Positions 20,053 through 28,871 of a stretch of DNA of 64,000 nt are shown here, in pieces. The DNA is from Candidatus Altimarinota bacterium. Lineage in GTDB: Bacteria; Patescibacteriota; Gracilibacteria; BD1-5; UBA2023. The translations under genes and the position numbers were made by a program. The stretch is taken from contig JANJWP010000021.1 of the NCBI GenBank assembly GCA_024709505.1, positions 7,989 to 71,988 of the forward strand, given 5' to 3'. The number at the start of each line of letters is the position of its first letter. The stretch's first letter is position 1. Under the pieces are notes generated by a model. It was not told the DNA's origin. It made no database searches and worked only from the letters and a program-made list of their open reading frames with translations.

Positions 20053-20814
20053 TTATTTCGATTTTTCTTCTATTTCGAGCTTTTTTTCTTCCCAATACCG
20101 CAAAAGGGCTTCCCTACGAAAAAACCAAACGTATGCCGAAAAACCGAGAACGAGGGCGAGAAAGGCATAGCCGACGTAGTCGAGAATCATTCGATAGTAC
20201 GAGGCGAACGCGACCGCCAAGGTAACGATCGTCGCAGCCCAAACGATTGAGCCCACGACGTTGTATGCCCAAAACCTTCCAGGAAGCATTCACGCGGAAC
20301 CGGCAATGAACGGAACGAACGCCCGCGACATGTTGTGGAATTTTCCCAAAATAATGAAGGCCGGGCCGTTTTTGGCAATTTGGCGTTCGAGGTATTTGAG
20401 CTCGGTCCTTCCAAGGCCGAAGGCGTCGCCGTATTCCTTGAAAAAACCTTTTCCGTAGCGCTTTCAGAGCGCGTAACCGATGAAATTTCCCAAAATCGCC
20501 CCGAGAGCCGCAACCGCTATGGTTTCAGCAAGGTGTTCCCGCCCAAAAAATCCGCCGACGATGAGCATGACCTGAAGCCCCGGAACGAGGACGCCGATGA
20601 CCGGAAACGACTCGATGACGCTGAAAACGAATGCCAGGAGGTAATTCCAATTCCCCAGCGAGAGCACGAGGGTTTCGGCATATGCCAAAAACGCCGCGAT
20701 CCATTCTTTCTTAAAAAGCACGATGAAAAGGAGCGCGAACGTTATCGCAACGAAGGTTCCGTGCAGGAGACGAGTCAGCGCGACGGTAATTTTCTGGAGG
20801 ATCGGATGTCGCAT
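20053..20814 (-). CDS. DedA/SNARE-associated family membrane protein
   Basis: Joins 20464..20814 and 20053..20289 through TGA at 20466..20464 and 20292..20290. Sequence: ...GNFIGYAL[UGA]KRYGKGFFKEYG...ILGKFHNMSRAFVPFIAGSA[UGA]MLPGRFWAYNVVGSIVW. Confidence 0.8.
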
Positions 20815-20880
20815 GCGCGCTTTGGGTACTTGGGAACGAACGTGGCATACGATACCGAAAAACCCCGTTCGGGCAATAGG

Positions 20881-20907
20881 AAAAACGCTCCGTTACGGAG
20901 CGTTTTT
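20881..20907 (-). terminator. Rho-independent terminator after the 20926..22353 gene
   Basis: AAAAACGCTCCG-tta-CGGAGCGTTTTT, 18 nt beyond the TAA. T-run on the transcribed strand. Confidence 0.65.
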
Positions 20908-20925
20908 CCCAGGTTCGCAATACTT

Positions 20926-22353
20926 TTACGGATTCGTTCCGCTGGGGGGAACGGAGGGCGAAGCCCCCTCCGTTGTCCCAGTACCCTCGGACGAAGGCAA
21001 GCCCGAAGCTCCGCTTCCGAAATCTTGCGCGAGCGCGGAATCTTCGGACGAATGAACGGCTTGGGCCTTTCGGTTAGGACGACGGACGGAATGAATTCTC
21101 GTAAGCGGAACGTTTTCGTCTGGAGAGACGGCCGTTTCGGAAGGGGTTTCGACCGCAGGAAAACCATTTTCCAAGGGGATTTCGATTGGGGCGGCCGGAA
21201 CGTCGGTCGGAACCGATTCGGGGGCGCTCGTTTTTATCGAAGGCGAAACGAAAGCGAAGGTTCCAATCGACAACGCGACAACGGCAACGAGTCACGAAAG
21301 CGAGCGCACGAGGATCTTCCGTTCTCCAAAAAGCTTGGCGAGGCCACCCTTCCGGGTTTCGGAAAGCTCCTTCGCAATCGTTTCGACGTATGCCGGATCA
21401 ACCGAAGGGTTGGAATTGGAAGATTCGGGAAGAACGATTAGTCCATCCGGAGAACCGTCCTGACCAGTAACGACGGTTTCGGGAGGAATTTCTTCGGTTT
21501 CCGGTTCCGCCCCCCCGTCCATGATGGGCTCCAAGGATTCGGAAGGGGTTTCGGAGACGGCTTCGGATGGAAGCTCCGAAACGATTACCGCCTCTGCCGG
21601 AGCCGCTTCTTTTTGCGGGACGATGCCTTCGAAAAGGGGATCCTTAAAGAAGTCGTCTTCCATTTCGAGGTTTGGAAAGAACTCTTTTTTCGATTCGGGA
21701 ATGACTACCGACTGGGCCGCTTCTTCAAGGGCGCGTTTTTTAGCCTCTTCCGGATCTTCGAGCGCCTCGGCAAGAATCTCGTTGGCAATCGTTTCCCCCT
21801 CGGTTCCAATGACCTTGGCCGGCGCGATGATATCGACCCCCTCGACGAATTTCGGCACTTCCGGAATTTCGGAAACCGCTTCGGGAACGGCAGTCGATTC
21901 CGTCGAGGAGGGTTCGACCGGGACCGCTTCGACCACGGATGGGAGGACTTCGGTTTCCGAAGTCTTCGGCTTGCTTTCGAGGCTGATTGCGGGGCGGGAA
22001 GCCGACGGGGATGCGAACACGGGGGCCTGAACTTGAGGCGCCGGTTCCGGAGCGCGTTCGGACGCGGGGGCGGAGGATTTTCCCGTGGTTTTAAGGCTCA
22101 TGAGGGAAATCTTTTTTTGAGCTTGTCCGACCGGCTTCGAAACGGAGGGCTTCGCGACGGAAAAAACCGGCTCGGAAAGACTTTGGACAGGAACGGAAGG
22201 GGTCGGCGTCGAAACCTGGACTTGGATTGCCGGTTCGGGCGCCGGTTCCGGAGCGCGTTCGGACGCGGGGGCGGAAGGACGCATTCCCTCGTTAATCGGA
22301 GCGACCGTGCGGAGGTCGGCAGTTTTGAGCGCGGAAAAATCGATTTTCGGCAT
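20926..22353 (-). CDS. Pro/Ala/Glu-rich low-complexity protein with C-terminal TM segment
   Basis: Joins 21292..22569 (trimmed to MPKIDFSALK, ATG 22353; alternative ATG 22386) and 20926..21273 through TGA 21294..21292. The SAPASERAPEPAP unit is repeated. TM segment: [UGA]LVAVVALSIGTFAFV. No family recognised. Confidence 0.6.
22037..22275 (-). repeat. 38-nt direct repeat within the low-complexity gene
   Basis: ggcgccggttccggagcgcgttcggacgcgggggcgga occurs at 22037..22074 and 22238..22275. It encodes the repeated APASERAPEPAP segment. Confidence 0.8.
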
Positions 22354-22588
22354 CGTCCGTGAGACGTTACGGATAGTCGTTCCCATGCTACCGCACTTTT
22401 TTTGGGGCGTCAAAAAACGGGGGCGCGCAAAATCCACCCCAAGGCCGGGGGAGGAGCGCTTTTCCGGCTTTACTTTCGTTCGTTTCGCGTATAATGCGCG
22501 CGACCTACCGGAAGGAACCGAACCCATCGGTCCCTTTTTTGGTACTTTTAGCCCCGCAAAGCGGGGCATTCATCCCATTTCTGCCCCC

Positions 22589-24391
22589 ATGGCATACCGA
22601 AACATCGCGATCATCGCGCACGTTGACCACGGAAAGACCACCCTCGTCGACGCCCTCCTTAAACAAACCGGGACTTTCCGTGAAAACGAAGCCGTCGATA
22701 CCTGCGTCATGGACTCCAACGACCAGGAAAAAGAGCGTGGGATCACCATCTACGCGAAGAACACCGCCGTTTCCTACAACGGCACCAAAATCAACATCGT
22801 TGACACTCCGGGCCACGCGGACTTCGGTTCCGAAGTCGAACGCGTGCTTCGCATGGTTGACTCGGTCGCCCTCGTCGTCGATGCCTACGAAGGACCGATG
22901 CCGCAGACCAAGTTCGTCCTCAAGAAGTCCTTGGAGCTTGGACTCAAGCCGATCGTCATCATCAATAAGATTGATAAGCCGACCGCCCAACCGGACGCGG
23001 TCGTCGATATGGTTTTCGACCTCTTCGTGCAGCTTGGCGCGACCGACGAACAGCTCGACTTCGCCGTCGTCTATGCCATCGCCCGCGAAGGCATCGCCTT
23101 AAAGTCCCTCAAGGACGAGAAAAAGGACATCTCCCCGCTTTTTGAAACCATTCTCGAAAAGGTCGCCGAAGCTCCGAACGACACCTCCAAGGCGTTCCGC
23201 ATGCAGATCGCGAACCTCGCGTACGACAACTACCTTGGACGCCTCGGTATCGGCCGCGTTTACGAAGGCGTTGCCAAGGTCGGGGCGCAGGTTACCGTCA
23301 TCGGCAACGACGGCGTCCGCCGTACCGGAAAGATCTCCAAGATCTTCACCTCGATGGGCCTCAAGCGCGTCGAAGTCCAGGAAGCGGAAGCCGGCGACAT
23401 CGTTACCATCGCCGGAATCCCGGACATCTACGTCGGCGAAACCGTCTCCACCGCCACCGATGCCGAACCAATGCCGGCCATCCACATCGACGAGCCGACC
23501 CTCGAAATGCAGTTCCTCGTCAACGACTCCCCGTTCGCCGGTAAGGAAGGCAAATTCGTCACCTCCCGCAACATCCGCGAACGCCTCGAGCGCGAAGCCG
23601 AATCCAACGTCGGTCTCAAGATCGACTTCGAAGGTTCCGACGGAAACTCCTACACCGTCGCCGGCCGCGGAGAACTCCACCTCTCGGTCCTCATCGAATC
23701 GATGCGCCGCGAAGGGTTCGAACTCCAGGTGGGTTCGCCGAAGGTCATCTTCCACGTGGAAAACGGCAAGAAGATGGAACCCATCGAAAACGTCATCGTT
23801 TTCGTTCCGGAAGACTGCTCCGGCACCATCATCGAAAAACTCGGAAAGCGCAAGGGCATCATTAAGAACATGTCCACCGAAAACGGCATCACGAACCTCG
23901 AGTTCGAAGTGCCAACCCGCGGTCTTCTCGGTTTCCGGTCGATCTTCACCATCGAAACCAAGGGCGAAGGAATCATGTATTCCTCGTTCTCGCACTACGA
24001 CGAATTCCGCGGAAATATCGAAAAGCGCGACGTCGGATCGATGATCTCCGGATTCCCGGGAACCGCGATGGCCTACTCGCTCTGGAACCTCGAAGAACGA
24101 GGGCCCATCCTCATCGAACCGACGACCGAAGTCTACGAAGGCATGATCATCGGAGAACACCTCAAGGGCGGCGACCTCGTGGTCAACCCGACCAAGAACA
24201 AGCAGCTCACCAACATGCGCGCGTCCGGTGCCGACGAAGCGATCCGTCTCACCCCGATCCGCAAGATGACCCTCGAAGACTGTCTCGACTACATCTCCGA
24301 CGACGAATACGTCGAAGTCACCCCGGTGTCGCTCCGCCTCCGCAAGAAGTTCCTCACCGAAAACGAACGCAAGAAGAATTCGAAGGGATAG
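22589..24391 (+). CDS. typA: Translational GTPase TypA/BipA
   Basis: [60 protein letters not shown]. 600 aa with no TGA. The track's upstream start at 22307 was rejected. Confidence 0.95.
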   Translation: MAYRNIAIIAHVDHGKTTLVDALLKQTGTFRENEAVDTCVMDSNDQEKERGITIYAKNTAVSYNGTKINIVDTPGHADFGSEVERVLRMVDSVALVVDAYEGPMPQTKFVLKKSLELGLKPIVIINKIDKPTAQPDAVVDMVFDLFVQLGATDEQLDFAVVYAIAREGIALKSLKDEKKDISPLFETILEKVAEAPNDTSKAFRMQIANLAYDNYLGRLGIGRVYEGVAKVGAQVTVIGNDGVRRTGKISKIFTSMGLKRVEVQEAEAGDIVTIAGIPDIYVGETVSTATDAEPMPAIHIDEPTLEMQFLVNDSPFAGKEGKFVTSRNIRERLEREAESNVGLKIDFEGSDGNSYTVAGRGELHLSVLIESMRREGFELQVGSPKVIFHVENGKKMEPIENVIVFVPEDCSGTIIEKLGKRKGIIKNMSTENGITNLEFEVPTRGLLGFRSIFTIETKGEGIMYSSFSHYDEFRGNIEKRDVGSMISGFPGTAMAYSLWNLEERGPILIEPTTEVYEGMIIGEHLKGGDLVVNPTKNKQLTNMRASGADEAIRLTPIRKMTLEDCLDYISDDEYVEVTPVSLRLRKKFLTENERKKNSKG

Positions 24392-24404
24392 ATTCCCGCC
24401 TCCA

Positions 24405-24443
24405 AGCAAGAGCCTCCGGAATTCCGGAGGCTCTTGCTGATTT
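24405..24443 (+). terminator. Rho-independent terminator after typA
   Basis: AGCAAGAGCCTCCGGA-at-TCCGGAGGCTCTTGCT followed by GATTT. Confidence 0.7.
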
Positions 24444-24524
24444 GCAAAAAATGGACATACTTTTAGGTACCCGACCAAAAACTCGAAACCACGAAAAGGG
24501 TCATACAACCTAAAACCCCTCCAT

Positions 24525-25133
24525 ATGCGCAATTTCCATAAAATTATCGAAGGTTTCCAAATAGGAATCGGCATTTTTTTATCCCTGGCAATGGGAAGCG
24601 CCGCGATATCGTACGGTGCCGCAACTTGGGGAAACCTTCCCCAGGCCGTTTCGGGATCCGGACTGACCGCGACCATGTGGAACGATCTCGTTTCGCAATC
24701 GAACGGTCTCGCCGGAGCGATTCAGGTAAACTCCGGGAACGTGGGAATCGGAACGGCGAGCCTCGGTTCAAAGCTGGAAGTCGGCGGGGACGCGAAAATC
24801 AGCGGCGTCCTTACGGCCGGAAAAGTGCAGATGGTGGACGCGGTCGTCGCGAATACCGTCTGTTCGCCGAACGGGCTCATCGCGACGGATAGTAGCGGGG
24901 CGCTTTTATCCTGTCGATCCGGAACCTGGAAAAGCTCGGTAGGAAGCGGCATGATAACGGGCGGATGTTCGTTTGGGAGCGCCTGGGGAACGGCAACCTC
25001 CTGCGGACTCAGTGCCGGAATTTCCTGTTCGGCCGGAAATACGGCAAGAACGATGATCTACTGTTCCGGAGGCGGAACGTGCGCATGGAACGGTTCGAAC
25101 ACCTATGCCCATGGCTTTTGCATTTCAAATTAG
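24525..25133 (+). CDS. Membrane-anchored Cys-rich surface protein (tail-fibre/pilus-tip-adhesin-like)
   Basis: N-terminal anchor IGIGIFLSLAMGSAAI. The GNVGIGTASLGSKLEVGGDAKISG motif is common in fibre proteins. VCSPNGLIATDSSGALLSCRSGTWK resembles the shufflon PilV-type constant region as I remember it. The tail is Cys-rich: nine Cys in all, seven of them after residue 145. Confidence 0.55.
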   Translation: MRNFHKIIEGFQIGIGIFLSLAMGSAAISYGAATWGNLPQAVSGSGLTATMWNDLVSQSNGLAGAIQVNSGNVGIGTASLGSKLEVGGDAKISGVLTAGKVQMVDAVVANTVCSPNGLIATDSSGALLSCRSGTWKSSVGSGMITGGCSFGSAWGTATSCGLSAGISCSAGNTARTMIYCSGGGTCAWNGSNTYAHGFCISN

Positions 25134-25160
25134 CGCGGACGCCTCGACGCGTCTTTCCTT

Positions 25161-25188
25161 TTGACTTCCCATTCATTCCCGATACAAT
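25161..25188 (+). promoter_or_regulatory. Sigma-70-like promoter upstream of rpsU
   Basis: TTGACT (25161..25166), a 16-nt spacer, then TACAAT (25183..25188). Confidence 0.4.
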
Positions 25189-25233
25189 CGCCCCACTTTA
25201 AAACCTCATTCCCACCGAAGGGGATAGAAACGC

Positions 25234-25437
25234 ATGATCGTATACGCTCTCAAGAACGCTTCCGAGTCCAACGAAAAGCTTATTCTTCGTTATAAGAAGA
25301 TGTTCTTCCAAACCCGTACGGCCAACAAGCTCCGCACGGAAAAGTACGCGGAACGCAAGCCTTCCGTTCGTAAAATCCGCGAAAAGGCCATCGTTCGCGA
25401 AATGTATCGCAAAGCGAGCAAGCGCGACAACTTCTAG
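25234..25437 (+). CDS. rpsU: 30S ribosomal protein bS21
   Basis: 67 aa, basic. NEKLILRYKKMFFQTRTANKLRTEKYAERKPSVRKIREKA matches the S21 pattern. Confidence 0.85.
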   Translation: MIVYALKNASESNEKLILRYKKMFFQTRTANKLRTEKYAERKPSVRKIREKAIVREMYRKASKRDNF

Positions 25438-25450
25438 TTTGAGACAAAAA

Positions 25451-25480
25451 ATGAAAAGCCCCCGTACGGGGGCTTTTCAT
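25451..25480 (+). terminator. Terminator hairpin after rpsU
   Basis: ATGAAAAGCCCCC-gtac-GGGGGCTTTTCAT followed by TTGG. Confidence 0.6.
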
Positions 25481-25591
25481 TTGGAAAAATCCGAAAGCAC
25501 GGACAGAAAAAACAAAAAGTCCAGTACTTTTTTTGATGGGAACGGGAGAGTGTGGCAAAATGACCGAAAGACCACCAAAAGACCAAAACCA

Positions 25592-26653
25592 ATGGAACTC
25601 CGAAACGACGCGAACATTTCCGTACCCGAGCCGAATTTCGATCCGCTCGCTTTCGCGGAGGCCCTCGAGAGCGAAATCCAAAACGCCGGGGGCGAAACTC
25701 CAGCAATGGCGTCACCGGAACCGAATTTCGATCCGCTCGCTTTCGTGGGACGTTCCGACGAAAGCTCCTCCGCCTTGGCAATCGGCCTCGATTCTTCCGC
25801 TTCGAAAGCCGAAGGGCGAGGATTCTCCGCCCTTCGCGACGGATTCTCCTTCTTCGTCCGTTACGTCGCGGTGTCTTCGGCCGTTTTCGCGGCACTCCTC
25901 GTCATGGCGAATTTTTCCGCCTACTCGACCGTCGTGTGGAACTGGGTTTCCCCGGAATCCGCAAGCGCGAACTCCGCCGCGGTTACCGAAGGAATGGAAA
26001 AATCCAAAATCGTCGCCTACGCCGCCGAAGAAGGCAGCGGTGCGACCGAAGCGGAATCCGTCAAGGAGGCCGAAGATCTTAAAAAGCGGCTCGAAGAATC
26101 CAACGTCACGGTGAAGGAAAACATCCTGTCCCCCAAAAAGCTCGTCCCGGCAAAACCGCAAATCAACGTCGATTTCGACATCGTCCCCTACGAAAACCGC
26201 ATCATCGTCCCAAAAATCGGAAAAAACATTCCTCTCGTGGACGTCGAACTGACGAAAAACGTCGATTTCGACCACATGGAAAACATTTTCATGAAGGAGC
26301 TCGAAAAAGGGGTTATCCGCTATCCGGGAACCGCTCGTCCGGGCGAAAACGGCAACGCCTTCATTTTTGGACATTCTTCCAATTTTCCCTGGATGCCCGG
26401 AGCCTACAACCAAGTATTCGCGCTGCTCGACAAGCTTACGTACGGGGATGAAATCATCGTCTATTACAATCAGAAGAAATACGTCTACGTCATCCGCGAA
26501 AAAAAGATCGTCAAACCCGGGGACGTAAAGGTTCTCAATCGAAACCCGGAAAGCAAGGAACTCTCCCTTATGACCTGTTGGCCCCTTGGAACGACGCTTA
26601 AGCGCATGATCGTTTTCGCCGAACTTCAGGAACCCCCCGCCGGAACCCGTTAA
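25592..26653 (+). CDS. Sortase family transpeptidase with extended N-terminal region
   Basis: Catalytic His (NAFIFGHSS), Cys (LSLMTCWP) and Arg (LKRMIVFAEL) appear in order. TM anchor: FFVRYVAVSSAVFAALLVMANF. The N-terminal region repeats PEPNFDPLAF twice. Start chosen at MELRND (ATG 25592); the track start 25439 overlaps the rpsU terminator. Confidence 0.8.
   Translation: MELRNDANISVPEPNFDPLAFAEALESEIQNAGGETPAMASPEPNFDPLAFVGRSDESSSALAIGLDSSASKAEGRGFSALRDGFSFFVRYVAVSSAVFAALLVMANFSAYSTVVWNWVSPESASANSAAVTEGMEKSKIVAYAAEEGSGATEAESVKEAEDLKKRLEESNVTVKENILSPKKLVPAKPQINVDFDIVPYENRIIVPKIGKNIPLVDVELTKNVDFDHMENIFMKELEKGVIRYPGTARPGENGNAFIFGHSSNFPWMPGAYNQVFALLDKLTYGDEIIVYYNQKKYVYVIREKKIVKPGDVKVLNRNPESKELSLMTCWPLGTTLKRMIVFAELQEPPAGTR
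25631..25745 (+). repeat. 25-nt direct repeat in the sortase 5' region
   Basis: ccgaatttcgatccgctcgctttcg occurs at 25631..25655 and 25721..25745. Confidence 0.8.
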
Positions 26654-26672
26654 TCCTTCGTAACGACCCACC

Positions 26673-26954
26673 ATGGACATTTCCTCCGCCATCTACGCCT
26701 ACGAATTCGCGAATGCCGCCATGACCGACGCGAATGCCGCCGCCTACGCCGCCATCGTCGGATTTTTCGCGCTCACCGTAGTGGGAATCATTGTTGGACC
26801 CTATGTCTACGGATTCTTCGTCTACCGAAAAAAGGAGGCCGAAAAGCTCGAAAAACGCAAAACCATCCAAAATCTCGTCATCATGAAGGACATTCAGGGC
26901 GAACTCGAAGAAGAAATGCGCCGGGCTCTTACGAACGCGAATCTGAGTCAATAA
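26673..26954 (+). CDS. Small membrane protein (93 aa), hypothetical
   Basis: Intact ORF directly after the sortase. One TM helix (AAIVGFFALTVVGIIVGPYVYGFFVY) followed by a charged helical tail. Confidence 0.5.
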   Translation: MDISSAIYAYEFANAAMTDANAAAYAAIVGFFALTVVGIIVGPYVYGFFVYRKKEAEKLEKRKTIQNLVIMKDIQGELEEEMRRALTNANLSQ

Positions 26955-27561
26955 GCTTTGGCGCGAGGTCAAGCTCGCGCTTTTCGCTGGCCAACCCCCG
27001 ATCAAGCAGATCGAAATAGAGCGCCCGGCCCATTCGGAAGGGCGAAACCATTCCGGAAAACACCAATTCCGCCAAAACCTCTTCGGGGGTCTTTTTCCTT
27101 CGCCCCGGAGTCCCTGGAGCATCGAGAACCCGAAGCCCCTTAAGAATTTCAAGATTCAACGCGGTACGAACGGCTTTGGTGGCCGCGGTTCCGAAGGGGG
27201 GAACGCCGGGTCAGTATCACAAAGCGTTCAGGTCGCACCCGAAAGTCGCCGGTGCCGTCCGACAATCGTAGGCATATCGGTTTCTTGGGGCGTCATACCA
27301 CCCAAGCCCATCGAAGTGGGCGCGGATTTCCGCCACGCTCCGGGCCGACCGAATGCCCCACGCGTGAACGGGAGCGTCTTCGGTCGCTTCGCGCAAAATT
27401 TCAATTACGGCGGCAACCTCTTCCTCTTCGGAACCGGAAAGTTCGACGACCCGGATTTCTGCCCGCGAAAGGGGATGGGGATATTCGGCAAGCGGAAACC
27501 GATACGCGCAGGAGGGGGCGGTTCCATCGGAAACGACCCGGTCAGAGAGAACTATTTGCAT
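26929..27561 (-). CDS. Hypothetical protein (210 aa) translationally coupled to rlmH
   Basis: Joins 27217..27561 and 26929..27159 (same frame) through TGA at 27219..27217 and 27213..27211 (..CDLNAL[UGA]Y[UGA][12 protein letters not shown]..). ATG 27561 lies within the last codons of rlmH. No family recognised. Confidence 0.5.
26961..26986 (+). terminator. Terminator hairpin after 26673..26954
   Basis: GCGCGAG-gtcaag-CTCGCGC followed by TTTTCG. It lies inside the 3' end of the convergent minus-strand CDS 26929..27561. Confidence 0.45.
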
Positions 27562-28022
27562 GGGGATTCGTTATGGTGGTATCCGCTCCCCTTTCGAATT
27601 TGCGCAACGCGGTAAAGCTGTTCGACGAGCATGAGAAGGGCGAGGGAGTGGGGAAAGGTCATGGGGGAAAGCGAGAGCGTTCCGGAAATGCGTTCAGAAA
27701 GCATGGCCGTATCGACGCCATAAGCTCATCCAACGAGAAAATCCGCGCCTTCCGAGCGCGAGAAACGGCGTTCGATTTCGCTCGCGAACGCCTCGGTTGA
27801 CAAGGGTTTCGCCCCAATGTCGAGATAAACGGGACGAAGGTTTTTTTCCAAAAGGTACTTCGCGATCCGTTCGGTCTCCTTTTTGATTACGAGTCGTGGA
27901 TTTTCGGATTTTTCCGGTTTGATCGAAACGAGTTCGAGCTCGCGTCCCATGCGCTTTCGGTATTCCTCGACGGCTCACGCGAAGTGCCCGAAAGAATCGG
28001 TTACGGCGATGATTTTGAACAT
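27552..28022 (-). CDS. rlmH: 23S rRNA (pseudouridine1915-N3)-methyltransferase
   Basis: [15 protein letters not shown][UGA][16 protein letters not shown]...ADFLVG[UGA]AYGVD...[37 protein letters not shown] at 27977..27975 and 27728..27726; TAG at 27554..27552. The SPOUT/RlmH C-terminal motif is present. Confidence 0.85.
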
Positions 28023-28108
28023 GAACTGGAGGCGGATTATTCCCGAAATCGTCGAACGGAGTCCGTCACCGAATTTCCCCGATTTCGGGAATAACATATC
28101 CATTTCCT

Positions 28109-28136
28109 TTGACAAATCCACCCCTTTCCATACCAT
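28109..28136 (+). promoter_or_regulatory. Possible promoter for the tRNA cluster
   Basis: TTGACA (28109..28114), a 16-nt spacer, then TACCAT (28131..28136). Caveat: a CCCGAATTTCGGG hairpin plus T-rich run lies between it and the first tRNA. Confidence 0.35.
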
Positions 28137-28187
28137 GTCCCCGCCCCGAATTTCGGGTTGTTCTTTTCGTACCGAAGCGGCGTTCGC

Positions 28188-28263
28188 GCCACTTTAGCTC
28201 AGCTGGTAGAGCAACGGCCTTGTAATCCGTAGGTCGTCGGTTCGAATCCGACAAGTGGCTCCA
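28188..28263 (+). tRNA. trnT: tRNA-Thr (anticodon UGU), CCA encoded
   Basis: Hand-folded cloverleaf. Acceptor GCCACTT/AAGTGGC, D arm GCTC..GAGC, anticodon loop CTTGTAA, T arm GTCGG-TTCGAAT-CCGAC, 3' TCCA. One C-U mismatch closes the anticodon stem. Confidence 0.85.
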
Positions 28264-28281
28264 GCTATCGTTTTTGTTTTT

Positions 28282-28366
28282 GGGTCGGTTCCAGAGCGGT
28301 CAAATGGGGAGGACTGTAAATCCTTTGTCTACGACTTCGTAGGTTCGAATCCTACCCGGCCCACCA
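28282..28366 (+). tRNA. trnY: tRNA-Tyr (anticodon GUA), long variable arm, CCA encoded
   Basis: Acceptor GGGTCGG/CCGGCCC (one G-U pair), anticodon loop CTGTAAA, long variable arm, T loop GGTTCGAATCC, 3' ACCA. Confidence 0.85.
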
Positions 28367-28402
28367 TCTAAAAAAACCAACGACGATTAGCCGCTGCCGT
28401 CC

Positions 28403-28486
28403 GCCGGGATGGTGGAATGGTAGACACGACGGTCTTAGAAGCCGTTGCCTTCGGGCGTGAGGGTTCAAGTCCCTCTTCCGGCACCA
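28403..28486 (+). tRNA. trnL: tRNA-Leu (anticodon UAG), long variable arm, CCA encoded
   Basis: Acceptor GCCGGGA/TTCCGGC (one G-U pair), anticodon loop CTTAGAA, long variable arm, T loop GGTTCAAGTCC, 3' ACCA. Confidence 0.85.
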
Positions 28487-28593
28487 AGAAAATCCGGCTT
28501 CGGCCACCTTCAATCACAGTACGTATCGGGCGAATGCCCCTGCGGAGCGCGCACCGTATGAAGCGGGCGCACAATATTTCCCACTCCCTTCAT

Positions 28594-28809
28594 ATGAAGC
28601 AGAATATCCACCCGGCCTTCGACGAAGTCAAGGTCACCTGTTCTTGCGGAAACACCTTCACGACCCGAAGCACCCTCCGCGACGAAATCAAAGTTGAAAG
28701 CTGCAGCAAGTGCCACCCGTTCTACACTGGCGAAAAGCGCATCTTGAAGACCTCTTCGGTTGACAAGTTCTACGCTCGCCAACAGAAAACCGCTTCCATC
28801 AAAAAATAA
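28594..28809 (+). CDS. rpmE: 50S ribosomal protein bL31
   Basis: MKQNIHPAFDEVKVTCSCGNTFTTRST...ESCSKCHPFYTGEKR. 71 aa. The track ORF 28417..28809 over-extends across the tRNA-Leu gene. Confidence 0.9.
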   Translation: MKQNIHPAFDEVKVTCSCGNTFTTRSTLRDEIKVESCSKCHPFYTGEKRILKTSSVDKFYARQQKTASIKK

Positions 28810-28820
28810 GGTCGATACGA

Positions 28821-28854
28821 AAGAACCCCTTCCTTTTCGGAAGGGGTTCTTTTC
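28821..28854. terminator. Bidirectional terminator between rpmE and the pilin-like gene
   Basis: AAGAACCCCTTCC-ttttc-GGAAGGGGTTCTT followed by TTC, with an A-rich run on the other side. Confidence 0.65.
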
Positions 28855-28871
28855 ATAATGCCTTCGGCTCT

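Noticed and set aside
22037-22275. Direct repeats here and at 25631..25745 and 9982..10147 as CRISPR-like or intergenic repeat elements.
   Set aside because: There are only two copies each, and all lie inside coding sequences, where they encode duplicated peptide units. There is no repeat-spacer periodicity and no cas genes.
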